DNA of 64,000 nt from an uncultured bacterium (GCA_943787795.1 CALSNU010000004.1:352001-416000), one strand, 5' to 3'. Numbered from the stretch's first letter, positions 28,100 through 40,539 are shown. The notes: generated by a model from the sequence alone, not told the origin. Program-made: numbers and translations.

Positions 28100-30625
28100 T
28101 CAGGGGCAGAAGGTGACGCTGAGACCGTCCGTCAGGTTGAACAGCGCGCCGCCGCCAGCGAGGTCGCGGTACAAGAACTGGAAGTTCCAGGTCTCGCCCA
28201 CCGCGACCTGTCCGCTCGGGTTGGGCGGCGCCGTGTTGTCGAAGGGGAAGACCGCAGTCCCGAAGAAGTCCGCCGAGGCGACCCCCAGTCGGATCACCGA
28301 ACCAAGGCAGAGCGTCCCGTTGCCGACCGGCGCGGTGGCACGGTCCGGCGCGTACGCGAAGATGCCAATCGTCCCACCGGGGCAGCCGGACGCCACGAGG
28401 AGGAGATCGTTCGCGCCAATGCTCGCGCTACCGCCGGGGAACATGACCGCGGAGAGGCCGGACGAGTTTGGAGACGAGGTGCAGTAGGACTGGAATCCGC
28501 AGTTCGCGGGGCACAGCTCGAAGACCTCGAGGTCGTCCACCGCGGCCTCGACGATCGAGCCGCTCCCCAGATCCGCCGCGATGAAACGCAGGGTCACCGA
28601 GCCCGTCGTAGGGACGAGGTCGCTGACGCGGAACGTCGTCCGCGCCCACCCGCCGGCCTCGGCTGCCGGTCCGAGGGTCTCGACGTTCACCCAGGTGGAG
28701 CCGCCGTCCGCCGAGACGTCCACCGTGAAGACGTCGTCGGTGTTGGAGCCCGCCGAGTTGTTGTACGAGCGCCAGTAGCCGATGTAGGGGTCGGCTGAGG
28801 TCGACACATCGATGGCCGGAGACAGCAGCGTGGTGAAGCCGCCGTCCACGTCATTCTCGCCCAGCGAGCCGCCGGGGCTTCCCTGCCCCGTGACGAAGCA
28901 GAGCGAGCCGCCGAGGGTGTGGTCGTCCTCGGGCTGCGCCGCCGTGCCAATCGGATCCACGAGCACCCACACACCGGTGGTCGCCGTGTCGCCCGCGAGG
29001 CCCGCGGTCCAGCCGCTGGTCGCCTCGAGGTCATCGGTGAAGACGATGTTCCGCTCGATGGCCTGGGCGGAGTACGCCGCGGCGGCTCCCGATGCCGGGG
29101 CCAGCGCGGTGCTGCCGCTCACGAGGGGGAACTCGAAGTAGTAGTCGATCTGCGACGGGCAAGCCGCCGCGGGGAAGGTGGCCCGGAAGGTGTCGTTCCC
29201 GATGAAGGGGAGCGGCTCCGAGACGAAGCCCGCACCGGTGTCGAACCAGACGAGGGCGGCGGCGGTGTCCGCCGCGTCGGTCCCGGGGGTGACGATCACG
29301 TCCAGGATATCTCCCCCAGCCGGGCTGACCTCATCCGGACGCGCCACGGGGAAGGAGATCCCCACCGACGTCGCCGGCGTCATCTGCATCGCGATGTCCG
29401 AGTTGATCCGGCCGAAGCCGAAGTTGTCGTCGACGCCAGCGGCGCCGAGGTCGTCGCAGGACATGCGGAGCACGTCCTCCACCTGCTGCGGGGTCAGGCT
29501 CGGGTTCTTCGACCAGATCAGCGCGCAGAGCCCGGCCGTCATGGGGCAAGCGAAGCTCGTGCCGCTCACGTTGCTGTAGCCGCCGCTGTCATTGGTGGTC
29601 CGGACGCCCTGACCGGGCGCGGTGAGGTCCACGAACGAACCGCGGTTCGAGAAGGAGGCGAGCGCATCCGAGGAGGTCGTGGCGCCGACGACGATCACGT
29701 CGTCATCCCGGCTCCCTGAGAGGACGTCCGATGAGTTGCCTGCCGCCCAGACGAGGAGGGCGCCGAGGCCGCGGACGTAGGTGCCGGTCGAGTTCACCGA
29801 GCCGGACTGAACGCCGCTGTAGCTCACGCTGGCCACCTTGTCGCCGACCTCCGCAGCGGAGCGAGCCGCGCGGGTGAGGTTAGAGAGTGACGCGCCGCCG
29901 TTCGTGGAGTCGGTCACCCGCATGGTGCGGTGCCCGAGGTTCCAACCGACACCGGAGACCCCGATACCGTTGTCACCGTTGGCGGCGGAGGTGCCCACGC
30001 ACAGCGTGCCGTGGCCGTTGATGTCCTCGATCGGACCGCCCTGGCTCTCCCAGGTGTCCGAGGGCGCGTGGTAGCCCTCCTGACGGTGCAGCTGCAGGTC
30101 CGCGTGCGACAGCAGGATGCCCGTATCGCAGATCGCGACGACGATCGAGGGATCGCCGGTCTCTTGGTCCCAGGCCGCGCAGGAGGCCATGCGGTTCGCC
30201 TGGTGATGCCACTGCTGATTGAACTGACTGTCGTCAGGGCAAGCGATCGGATAGACGGTCCAGTCCGGCTCGACGTACTGGAACGCGCCGGTCACGAGCA
30301 GGTCGTTCGCGACGCTGGTCTCGGTGGCACCCGAGGGGACGAAGAACAGGTACTCGTCGGTCGCCCCCACGTACTCCTTCAGCTCGAAGGACTCCAGCGC
30401 CCGACGAGCGAGCTCCTGGAGGCGGCGCGCCTCTTCCGGGGTCTGACCACGCTCAGCGGCGTTCGAGACCTGAAGCGGCCGGGCGCACATGACGCCCGAA
30501 AACTCAAGCTGCCCCTCGACCTCCTCGAATTCCACGAACGTGGTGGGGCTCGAGAGCTCCTGGGCGTGGGCGAGCGGCGCTGCCAGAAGAAGGGCAGCGG
30601 GAATCAAGCGCGGGAGACGTGTCAT
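28100..30625 (-). CDS. Secreted S8 (subtilisin-like) peptidase with accessory beta domains
   Basis: Signal MTRLPRLIPAALLLAAPLAHA from ATG 30625. Triad ICDTG / GHGT / SGTSFACP, oxyanion AAGN. C-terminal YC...FQFLYRD...FCP domain. Confidence 0.9.
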   Translation of the reverse strand: MTRLPRLIPAALLLAAPLAHAQELSSPTTFVEFEEVEGQLEFSGVMCARPLQVSNAAERGQTPEEARRLQELARRALESFELKEYVGATDEYLFFVPSGATETSVANDLLVTGAFQYVEPDWTVYPIACPDDSQFNQQWHHQANRMASCAAWDQETGDPSIVVAICDTGILLSHADLQLHRQEGYHAPSDTWESQGGPIEDINGHGTLCVGTSAANGDNGIGVSGVGWNLGHRTMRVTDSTNGGASLSNLTRAARSAAEVGDKVASVSYSGVQSGSVNSTGTYVRGLGALLVWAAGNSSDVLSGSRDDDVIVVGATTSSDALASFSNRGSFVDLTAPGQGVRTTNDSGGYSNVSGTSFACPMTAGLCALIWSKNPSLTPQQVEDVLRMSCDDLGAAGVDDNFGFGRINSDIAMQMTPATSVGISFPVARPDEVSPAGGDILDVIVTPGTDAADTAAALVWFDTGAGFVSEPLPFIGNDTFRATFPAAACPSQIDYYFEFPLVSGSTALAPASGAAAAYSAQAIERNIVFTDDLEATSGWTAGLAGDTATTGVWVLVDPIGTAAQPEDDHTLGGSLCFVTGQGSPGGSLGENDVDGGFTTLLSPAIDVSTSADPYIGYWRSYNNSAGSNTDDVFTVDVSADGGSTWVNVETLGPAAEAGGWARTTFRVSDLVPTTGSVTLRFIAADLGSGSIVEAAVDDLEVFELCPANCGFQSYCTSSPNSSGLSAVMFPGGSASIGANDLLLVASGCPGGTIGIFAYAPDRATAPVGNGTLCLGSVIRLGVASADFFGTAVFPFDNTAPPNPSGQVAVGETWNFQFLYRDLAGGGALFNLTDGLSVTFCP

Positions 30626-30725
30626 CGAGTTGGGGGTTGGGGGATCGTGAGGGGCCATGGGAGGGACGGCCCGCGTCCAAAAGATGTTCCAGCAGTCCTC
30701 GAACCGCGTCGAACGAAAATGTGTC

Positions 30726-33700
30726 TCAGTTCCTGACCAGCACCACGTCGTCCACAAAGAGGACCTGGCCGCCAGAGGCGGTGGCCGTGAGGCGGAGCGT
30801 CTGAGCTCCGGCGGGAATGGACAGGCTGGCCCGCACGCACGCATAGGCCGAGGTTGCCGCCACGGGCACTGTGGTGGCGGCCAGGACCGCCTGGGTCGCG
30901 TCCAGGGCCTCTACGGAGAGGCTGGACGCCCCGCTCCCGCTGGCTCGGAGGAGGGCGTTCAGCTCGCAGCTGGTGGCCCCAGAGACCCCAGTGATCGCCC
31001 AAAGGGATGAGTCATCGAGCCGCACCGCGGGCGCCGCGACGCCTCCCGCCGACACAAGCTCGGCGAGCCCGGTGGACTGCCACCCGGTGAGTCCCTCATC
31101 GAAGGAACCGTTCTCCAGCCCGTTCGGGTCGGCCAACTCGACTGCCGCCACGCCGTCGATGACCTCGAGGGTGTCGAGCTCCGGCGAGCCGCCCCGCCGC
31201 CCGGCACCGGAGGCCACGTAGATGCGGCCATCAACGGCTCCGATGCCGCCGCTGTGCCGCCCGTCCACGAGCGGCGGCAAGGTCGTCCACCGTTCGGCGA
31301 TGACGTCCAAGGCCTCACACTCGTCGTGCGCGTCCAGCTGCGAGGTGCTCTCTCCCCCGATGACCACCGCGAAGCGACCCACCGACGTCGCCAGGGCGCC
31401 GGCCCTCGGGGTCGGAAGGTCGCGGGCAATGGTCGACCACTGCCCGGAGCTGAAGTCGTAGACATCAACCGCGCCGATCGTGTTCGCAAAGGGGTTGGGC
31501 TGCGTGGTCGTACGGCCGCCAGCCGCGACGAGGCGATTCCCGATCACGACGGTGCTGAAGTGGTCGCGGGCCCGCGGCGCGTCGGGGAGCACCTGCCACG
31601 ACTGGGTCGCGGGGTCGTACTCATCGAACCAGGCGCGCGCGCCGCCGTTGTGCCCTTGGTTGTTGCCTCCGAGGAGGTAGATCTTCCCGTCGCGCACGAA
31701 CACGCCGTTCGCGCCGCGGCGACGCGCAGCGGGGATCAGCGGCCCCTGCGTCCACTGATCTGTGGAGGGGTCCCAGGTCCAGATGTTGGGGACGCTCGTC
31801 TCATTCGGATAGGACCCGGTGAATGCGCCGACGACATAGACCAGCCCACCGAGGACGACCGGCTGGAAGTGGTTGATCTCGAACGGCGGGAGCCCCATGG
31901 AGGTCCACTCGCCCGTGGTCGTGTCGAAGGACTCGGTCGGGCGATTGCCCCGCCCCCCCATCAGGTAGAGCCTGCCGTTGACCGTGACCATCGCCGATTC
32001 GTGGCGGCAGGTCAGCACGGAGCCATCGGTGGACGGGAGCACCTCCCAGTTCACGGGGGCCGCGCGGCGGAGTCGGATCAACCGGGCGACCGAGGGGACC
32101 CCGTCGCCGTCGATCACGAAGAGCATGTAGGCGCCCGGCGGGGCGACGTTGCCGCTGAGCGGGCTCGTCAGGTCGAGTGAAGCGCCGCTCTGGGTGAACG
32201 AGAGCTCGAGGCAGCGCTGGTCGGTGTTGATCCCGTGGGTCGCGCTGCCAAGGCGAACGAGGGTGACCCGCGAGGTGTCGGTCGCGGCCGAGAGCTGGAC
32301 CTGGAACGGCTCGTCATACGCCAGCGTCTCCGGCGCGGCGGCAATCTCGGGCCGCGGCGCGAGCTGTCCCGTGGCGGTCGAGAACAGATAGGGCGGCCGG
32401 AAGATCTCCGCCGTGAGGGTGCCGACACCCGGACTGGAGACGCCGCCGCCCGTCCAGACGGTGGCGTCGGGTAGGAGGATCGACGTGGAGCGATAGCCCC
32501 TGGGCTCGCTGGACGCGGCGCAGAAGGACCACTCGCCGGTCGCGGGGTCCCAGATCTCCGCGACGCGCACGGCGGTCGACGTCGAAACGGGGTTGTGGCG
32601 TCGGGACCCTCCGGTGATGAGCACCGTCCCGTCCGCGAGCACGGTGGCGTCGTGGTCCGCCCGCCGGAACATCATCTCCCCCGCGCTCGACACCGAGGGG
32701 GTCGGCCCGGTGACGTCGATCACCACCGCCGAGCGAGCCGCGTCAGGAACGCTCGAGAGCCGATCCACACCACCGAGCACCAGGATCCGGTCCGAGCCGA
32801 TGCTGGCGGCGGACCCCCAGATTCGCTCCATGGACTCACGCTGCCCCTGGAAGGTCCATGCCCCTCCCCCCTCGGTATCGAAGACCCCGAGGTTCGGATC
32901 CCAGCCGGCGACGACGATGTCGCCCTCGGGGCTCAGGTGGGTGAAGGGGAACAGCCCGTCCACGGCGCCGATCCCGGCGTTCAGCCAGGCACCGAGGTCC
33001 GCGCCGGGGAGCCGAGACCAGGCGACGCCGTCAAAGCGCGCGGGGACCGTGTTCACCGAGCCCGCGTCCCCGCCGCCGAGCGCCAGGAAGGAGCCGTCCC
33101 CGAGGGTGAGCCCCGCGGCGCCGTGGCGAGCCTCGCCTGAGGCCGCGAGAGGAATCCAGGTCCCTGTGGAGGAATCGAAGCGGCTGAGCTGATCCGCGCC
33201 AAGCGGCGCCGCCGAGGAGGTGCGCCCCGCGTAGCCGCCGAAGGCGAGGAGTTCGCCGCTTGAGAGCCGCGAGAGCGCAGCACCGTAGAGCTCCTCACTC
33301 GGGTGGTTCGCGGACGTGTGGACCCCGCTGCTCGGGTCATAGAGGTCCACCACGGTCGTATCGTGGGAGTCCGCCGGGGGCAGCGTGCCGGGCCCGCTGC
33401 TGACGGCGCTCGAGAAGGTGAGGAGCTCGCCCGAGTCCAGCAGCGCGGCCTGGATCGGATCGACCGGCCAGGCCTCGGCGGAGAGCCACTCCCCGCGCGT
33501 TGGCCTGAGGGACGACCCGTCACCGGGCTGGAACCGCGGCGCGGAGAGGAAGGCGCCGGCCCAGTTGGCGAGGTCGTTCTGTGACCCGTCCCCGCCATCT
33601 CGAACGACAAGGACCAGCTCACGGACGCCCCGGAGGTTCAACCGGCCGGTGAAGACCGGCGCGTCGGAGCCCGTCAAGAGGCCGGAGCTGTAGAGGACGG

Positions 33701-34088
33701 CGCCGTCCCCGAGGACCTCGAAGACCACCGATCCAGCGTTCCCCACGGAGTCATCCACGCCGACCCAGCTGCTGAACGCGAAGGCCCTTCGCCGCAGGTC
33801 AAAGGCAATCGCGCTGGTGGAGTGACAGCCGATGCCAGTCGCGAAGGTTTGACCTCCGATCGTCAGGGTGGCCCCGTCCCCCGGCGCCGCGGCACCGTTG
33901 CTCTCGTCGAGCTCGATGGGCCCGAGTCCATTCTGCGCCCACAGGGAGGGCACAGCCGACAGGGCCTTGCCTGCTCGTGCTGGCGCCCTCCTCGTTTGGC
34001 TCCCGATGTTCGTGGAGCTACTCCCGATCTGAGCCGCGGCCGGCGCCAGGGTGACGGCGCTGAGGAGGAGGAGGGTCAGACTTTGCAT
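30726..34088 (-). CDS. Secreted multidomain protein: NPCBM, galactose-oxidase(AA5)-like propeller + E-set, second Kelch propeller, CBM-like C-terminus
   Basis: NGLGPIELDESNG...GIGCH (NPCBM); AEIFRPPYLF, ATHGINTDQR, APPGAYMLF (AA5/DUF1929); Kelch blades YLMGGRG and YLLGG; LENGSFDEGLTGW. Confidence 0.85.
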   Translation of the reverse strand: MQSLTLLLLSAVTLAPAAAQIGSSSTNIGSQTRRAPARAGKALSAVPSLWAQNGLGPIELDESNGAAAPGDGATLTIGGQTFATGIGCHSTSAIAFDLRRRAFAFSSWVGVDDSVGNAGSVVFEVLGDGAVLYSSGLLTGSDAPVFTGRLNLRGVRELVLVVRDGGDGSQNDLANWAGAFLSAPRFQPGDGSSLRPTRGEWLSAEAWPVDPIQAALLDSGELLTFSSAVSSGPGTLPPADSHDTTVVDLYDPSSGVHTSANHPSEELYGAALSRLSSGELLAFGGYAGRTSSAAPLGADQLSRFDSSTGTWIPLAASGEARHGAAGLTLGDGSFLALGGGDAGSVNTVPARFDGVAWSRLPGADLGAWLNAGIGAVDGLFPFTHLSPEGDIVVAGWDPNLGVFDTEGGGAWTFQGQRESMERIWGSAASIGSDRILVLGGVDRLSSVPDAARSAVVIDVTGPTPSVSSAGEMMFRRADHDATVLADGTVLITGGSRRHNPVSTSTAVRVAEIWDPATGEWSFCAASSEPRGYRSTSILLPDATVWTGGGVSSPGVGTLTAEIFRPPYLFSTATGQLAPRPEIAAAPETLAYDEPFQVQLSAATDTSRVTLVRLGSATHGINTDQRCLELSFTQSGASLDLTSPLSGNVAPPGAYMLFVIDGDGVPSVARLIRLRRAAPVNWEVLPSTDGSVLTCRHESAMVTVNGRLYLMGGRGNRPTESFDTTTGEWTSMGLPPFEINHFQPVVLGGLVYVVGAFTGSYPNETSVPNIWTWDPSTDQWTQGPLIPAARRRGANGVFVRDGKIYLLGGNNQGHNGGARAWFDEYDPATQSWQVLPDAPRARDHFSTVVIGNRLVAAGGRTTTQPNPFANTIGAVDVYDFSSGQWSTIARDLPTPRAGALATSVGRFAVVIGGESTSQLDAHDECEALDVIAERWTTLPPLVDGRHSGGIGAVDGRIYVASGAGRRGGSPELDTLEVIDGVAAVELADPNGLENGSFDEGLTGWQSTGLAELVSAGGVAAPAVRLDDSSLWAITGVSGATSCELNALLRASGSGASSLSVEALDATQAVLAATTVPVAATSAYACVRASLSIPAGAQTLRLTATASGGQVLFVDDVVLVRN

Positions 34089-34265
34089 GGGTGGACGCCG
34101 CGGTCGGGCCCGCAGCTCGCCAGAGGCCGCGTCCCGATCAGAGACCCAGCGCCGGCGAGCGGCCAGCGGGGGCGCTGAGAGGGCCAAGGGGCAATCTCTG
34201 GACGCCCATAACGGCCTCGCGGTTCCTGAAAGATACCCCGCTCCCGCTGGCGGGGCACCACCCGG

Positions 34266-35633
34266 TCATTCCACGCCGTTCGCCTCGGCGAAGGCGCGCA
34301 TCTCGGGTTCCCCGATGAGCCGCTTGTAGCGGTAGGGCTGCGACGCGGGGTTCTTCCGCTTGTACCCCTTCAGGAGCTCCGGCGAGAACTCGCTGATCGC
34401 CAGCAAGCGCCCCACCGCGTCGGTCCGGAGCGCCTCGGTCTGGCAGCAGACGATGATCCGAACCATGTCATCGATCGCCTCCGAGGGGTCGTACTTCTTG
34501 GGGTACGTCACCCGGTCGTAGACCACGGCCGCGTCCGCGAGCTTCTCTTCGTAGAACTCCTTCTCGGCCGTGACCAGCTCCTGACGCAGCTGCTCGGCTC
34601 CCGTCGCGTCCGGGCCGGCCGCCGATGCGGCGAATCGGTCAATGGCCCCGAAGCCGCCGCGGAAGTCCTTGGGCTCCGCTGCGGTCAGTCCCCAGACCTC
34701 CCACCGTACGTCCTCCAGGGTCTCAGCGCTCTCCAGCTCGGCGACGGGTCCAATCCGGTCCATCAGGCGCCGGACGCGATCCACGTCCGGGTGGGTCGGG
34801 AACTCCTCGACGAACCACTTCGCTCGCTTCATGAATACCCGTGCGTGGGGGCGCTCCCCCTTGGGGTTCCATCGGCTCTCCGAGTAGTTGATCAGCCTCG
34901 CGTCCTTCCAGGGGTTGATGCCGGTGTTGCGGACGGAGTCGTCCAGCCCCTCCATCAGCTCATCCTTGACGATCTCGGCCTGCTCGACCATGCGCCGCTG
35001 CTCCGGCGTCAGCTGCTCGGCGGCGAGCTGCGTCAGGGTCGCTCGTGCACCGACGGGGTCGTCCTGCCGCTCGCGCTGATAGCGATTCCACTCGACGTTG
35101 AAGTCGAAGTTCTCCCCCTCCAGCCCCTTGTTGGTCTCGCTCATCAGCATGTAGACCACGACCACCAGGGCCAAGACCACGGCGGCAAGCACCACACCGG
35201 TAGGAATCGCCGGCCCCTTGGATTGTTGGCGACGGCTCGAGGAGACACGTCCCCCGCCCGACCGGCCCCTCGTTCGAGCCGACGAGCCCCCGCCTGAGGC
35301 GGCGGTACCCGACGCGGCGCTCCGCGGCTTCGCGGGCCCCTCGCCCTCGTCGTACTCGATGGTGAGCTTCGCGCCTCCGATGGAGACCGCCTGGCCGTCC
35401 TTCATGAGGTACGAGCCCGAGACCTGAGCGCCGGCCGCCTTGGCCGGCATGACCCCCTTGGCCATTCGAAGGGTAGCGCCCTCGGGGCCCATCTCGATGA
35501 CGCCGTGTCGCTCCGCCACGTCCTCTGAGCTGAGCTTGAGAGTCGCGCCCTCGCCGCTCCCGAAGGTGAGCTTGCCGGAAGAGAGCTTGAACCTGCGGAC
35601 CTCGCCGCCTTCATCGAGTGTGAGTCTCGCCAT
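34266..35633 (-). CDS. Single-pass membrane protein with N-terminal FHA-like domain
   Basis: LTFGS....LKL....VAERHGVI...MKDGQAVSIG FHA-like fold, Ser/Gly/Arg linker, TM helix, helical C-terminal domain. Confidence 0.65.
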   Translation of the reverse strand: MARLTLDEGGEVRRFKLSSGKLTFGSGEGATLKLSSEDVAERHGVIEMGPEGATLRMAKGVMPAKAAGAQVSGSYLMKDGQAVSIGGAKLTIEYDEGEGPAKPRSAASGTAASGGGSSARTRGRSGGGRVSSSRRQQSKGPAIPTGVVLAAVVLALVVVVYMLMSETNKGLEGENFDFNVEWNRYQRERQDDPVGARATLTQLAAEQLTPEQRRMVEQAEIVKDELMEGLDDSVRNTGINPWKDARLINYSESRWNPKGERPHARVFMKRAKWFVEEFPTHPDVDRVRRLMDRIGPVAELESAETLEDVRWEVWGLTAAEPKDFRGGFGAIDRFAASAAGPDATGAEQLRQELVTAEKEFYEEKLADAAVVYDRVTYPKKYDPSEAIDDMVRIIVCCQTEALRTDAVGRLLAISEFSPELLKGYKRKNPASQPYRYKRLIGEPEMRAFAEANGVE

Positions 35634-35746
35634 GGCCCTATTGGAGCCGGGACGAGAACTCCCTGTCGAGAGGCAATCGGACCTAGCCAGGATCCCGCGC
35701 CGCGCTCGCCCCCGGTCGGGCCTTCCCGGAATCCGCGCCCCCGGGC

Positions 35747-36684
35747 TCAGACCGCCGCGATTCGAGGCGACAGGTCCTCGGGCCGGATCACCCCGCCGGA
35801 GAGCGCCACCGCGCGGCGCAGCTCGTTCTCAAGCTCACGGACATTCCCGGGCCAGGACCAACCAGCCAGGGCGGCGAGGGCCTCCTCGCTGATGGAGGCC
35901 TCCCGGCCGACCTCTTCGGCGATCCCCGGGAGGATGGCCCGGGCGATGGCACGCACGTCGTCCCCGCGGTCCCGCAGGGGCGGGAGGTGGAGGGTGACGA
36001 CGTTCAACCGAAACATCAGGTCCTCCCTGAAGTCGCCGCTGGCCACGGCGGAGGGGAGGTCCCGGTGGGTCGCCGCCAGGATCCTCACGTCCACCTTCTT
36101 GGTCGTGTTGGCGCCAACGGCGCGGACCTCGCCGTCCTGCAGGACTCGCAAGAGCTTGGCCTGCATGGGGAGGGGCATGTCCCCGATCTCATCCAGGAAG
36201 ACCGTCCCCCCGTCCGCCACCACGAAGTGCCCGGGGCGATCCGCCACGGCCCCCGTGAACGCACCCTTCTTGTGGCCGAAGAGCTCGCTCTCCAGCAGGT
36301 TCTCGGAGATGGCGGCGCAGTTCTCCGCGAGGAAGGGCCCCGCCTTGCGGGGGCTCGCGTCGTGGAGAGCCCGGGCGACGAGCTCCTTCCCCGTTCCCGT
36401 TTCGCCCTGGATCAGGACCGGCACGCCAGAGGCCGCGACCCGATCGATCATCGCAAACAGCTCGAGCATGGGCGGGCTCGACCCGATCATGCCGAAGCGG
36501 CCGCCCGGCTCCGGAGCAGGCGGCGCGGTCGACGCGCACGAGGCCTCGGCGGCATCCAGGACCCGCCGTGCGTGAGCTGCCAGAGGCGCCACGACGCCCC
36601 GCTCCTGCGCCTGCACGAGGACACGGTCGAACGCCTCCTGCACCTCTAAGGGCAGGGGCTGCGCCCCCCCGGCATCCTCGGCGC

Positions 36685-36688
<4 letters not shown>
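35747..36688 (-). CDS. Sigma54-interacting AAA+ activator lacking a C-terminal HTH
   Basis: GETGTGKE, ESELFGHKKGAFTGA, FLDEIGD, FREDLMFRL, WPGNVRELEN. Start ATG 36688 overlaps the helicase stop (ATGA). Confidence 0.88.
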
Positions 36689-38901
<2,213 letters not shown>

Positions 38902-38950
38902 CGCGGCGGCGAGTCTACCCGCCGCGCGCTCCCTGGCCACGCGCCGCCCG

Positions 38951-40375
38951 TCAGCTTCGGTCTGGATCGCGGATGACCATGAGGCGTAGCTCGGTCATCT
39001 CCTCCACCGCGCTCGCCGGCCCCTCACGACCGAGGCCCGAGTCCTTGACCCCGCCGTAGGGCATCACATCCGCCCGCCAGGAGGGGACATCTCCGACGAT
39101 GACGGCCCCCACCTCGAGCTCGTCCCAGGCCCGGTGAGCCCGGTGGAGGTCCCGGGTGAAGACCCCTGCCTGAAGGCCAAACCGGGTCCTGTTGGCCTCC
39201 ACGAGCGCCCGGTCAAAGTCGCTCGCGCGGACGAGGCAGACGACCGGACCGAAGACCTCCTCGTCCAGCACTGGCTCCCCGGCAGGGACGCCCTCGAGGA
39301 GCGTCGCGGGCATCACGGAGCCCTCTCGTTCCCCGCCCCACAACTTCGTTGCGCCGGACTGGCACGCACCCCGGACCCACTGCTCCACACGCGCCGCGTC
39401 ACCCTCCGAGATCAGCGGGCCCACGCTCACCCCTTCCTGAGATGGGTCCCCGTGAACGACCTTGGAGACCTCCTCGATGAGGAGCGCCCGGAAGGCCGCG
39501 TAGACCTCATCGACGACGATGACCCGCTGCACGCTGATGCAGCTCTGGCCCGCCTGGTAGTAGCCGCCGAATGCGACCCGCCGCGCGGCGTCCGCCAGGT
39601 CCGCGGTCTCATCAACGATGGCCGCTGCGTTCCCCCCGAGCTCGAGCGTGACGCGCTTCTTTCCGGCCCTCCGCCTGAGCATCCACCCCACCTCGTCGGA
39701 GCCGGTGAAGGAGAGCTTCGCGACCCGATCGTCGGTGGCGAGGGCTTCCGCGTCAGCGCCCCTGGCAGGCAGAACCGAGAAGGCACCCTCCGGCAGCCCA
39801 CTCTCCGCGAGCAGCTCACCCAGGATCAACGCGCTGATGGGCGTGCTGCTCGCAGGCTTGAGGACGAAGGGGCAGCCCGCAGCGATGGCCGGCGCGACCT
39901 TGTGCACCACGAGATTGAGCGGGAAGTTGAACGGCGTGATGAACCCGCAGACCCCGACCGGGACCCGCATCTGGCTCCCCCGATATCCGGTGTTCGCGGG
40001 GCTGGAGGAGAGTGGCAGGAGCCCGCCCGGTGAGTCCATGGCCACCCGCGCCGAGATCCGGATCGTCTCCAGCGCCCGGTCGACCTCCCCCGCGGCGAAC
40101 TGGCGTGGTTTCCCTGCCTCCCGAACCAGGATGTCCGTGAGCTCGTCGCGCCGCGCCAGCACCCCTGCTGCCAATCGCTCCAGCACCGCCGCCCGCTCAT
40201 GACCCGCCATGCGGCGCATGGCCTCCCGGCAACGGCTGGCTGCCGCGATCCCATCGCGGACCGTCTCCGGGGATGCCAGGGCCACCTCTTCGAAGGCCTC
40301 TCCCGTGAACTTGTCCGAGACCGTCAGCCGCTCTGCCGAGGAACAGGCCTTGCTCGCGAGGTAGAAGGGTCTCAT
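38951..40375 (-). CDS. NAD(P)-dependent aldehyde dehydrogenase
   Basis: ITPFNFP, FTGS, LELGGNA, GQSCIS (catalytic Cys), EEVFGP, PYGGVKDSG. Start ATG 40375. Confidence 0.93.
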   Translation of the reverse strand: MRPFYLASKACSSAERLTVSDKFTGEAFEEVALASPETVRDGIAAASRCREAMRRMAGHERAAVLERLAAGVLARRDELTDILVREAGKPRQFAAGEVDRALETIRISARVAMDSPGGLLPLSSSPANTGYRGSQMRVPVGVCGFITPFNFPLNLVVHKVAPAIAAGCPFVLKPASSTPISALILGELLAESGLPEGAFSVLPARGADAEALATDDRVAKLSFTGSDEVGWMLRRRAGKKRVTLELGGNAAAIVDETADLADAARRVAFGGYYQAGQSCISVQRVIVVDEVYAAFRALLIEEVSKVVHGDPSQEGVSVGPLISEGDAARVEQWVRGACQSGATKLWGGEREGSVMPATLLEGVPAGEPVLDEEVFGPVVCLVRASDFDRALVEANRTRFGLQAGVFTRDLHRAHRAWDELEVGAVIVGDVPSWRADVMPYGGVKDSGLGREGPASAVEEMTELRLMVIRDPDRS

Positions 40376-40539
40376 GGGGCGCGCGCCGGCGGGCGCGGGG
40401 TCCCCCATGATAGGGACCCCAACAGCAGGGACCCGGGACACACAGCTTCTCCCTGCGGCGGACCGTTCTGCGGGCCTCATCGCCCCGGTGGGGATGCTCC
40501 GGCCGGAAAGTTCCGGTCGAGACGTCCCGCGACCCGAAT

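Noticed and set aside
35634..35746. Sigma54 -24/-12 promoter or frameshifted HTH downstream of the activator
   Set aside because: The TGGC...TTGC here has the wrong spacing, and I saw no Fis-type HTH pattern.
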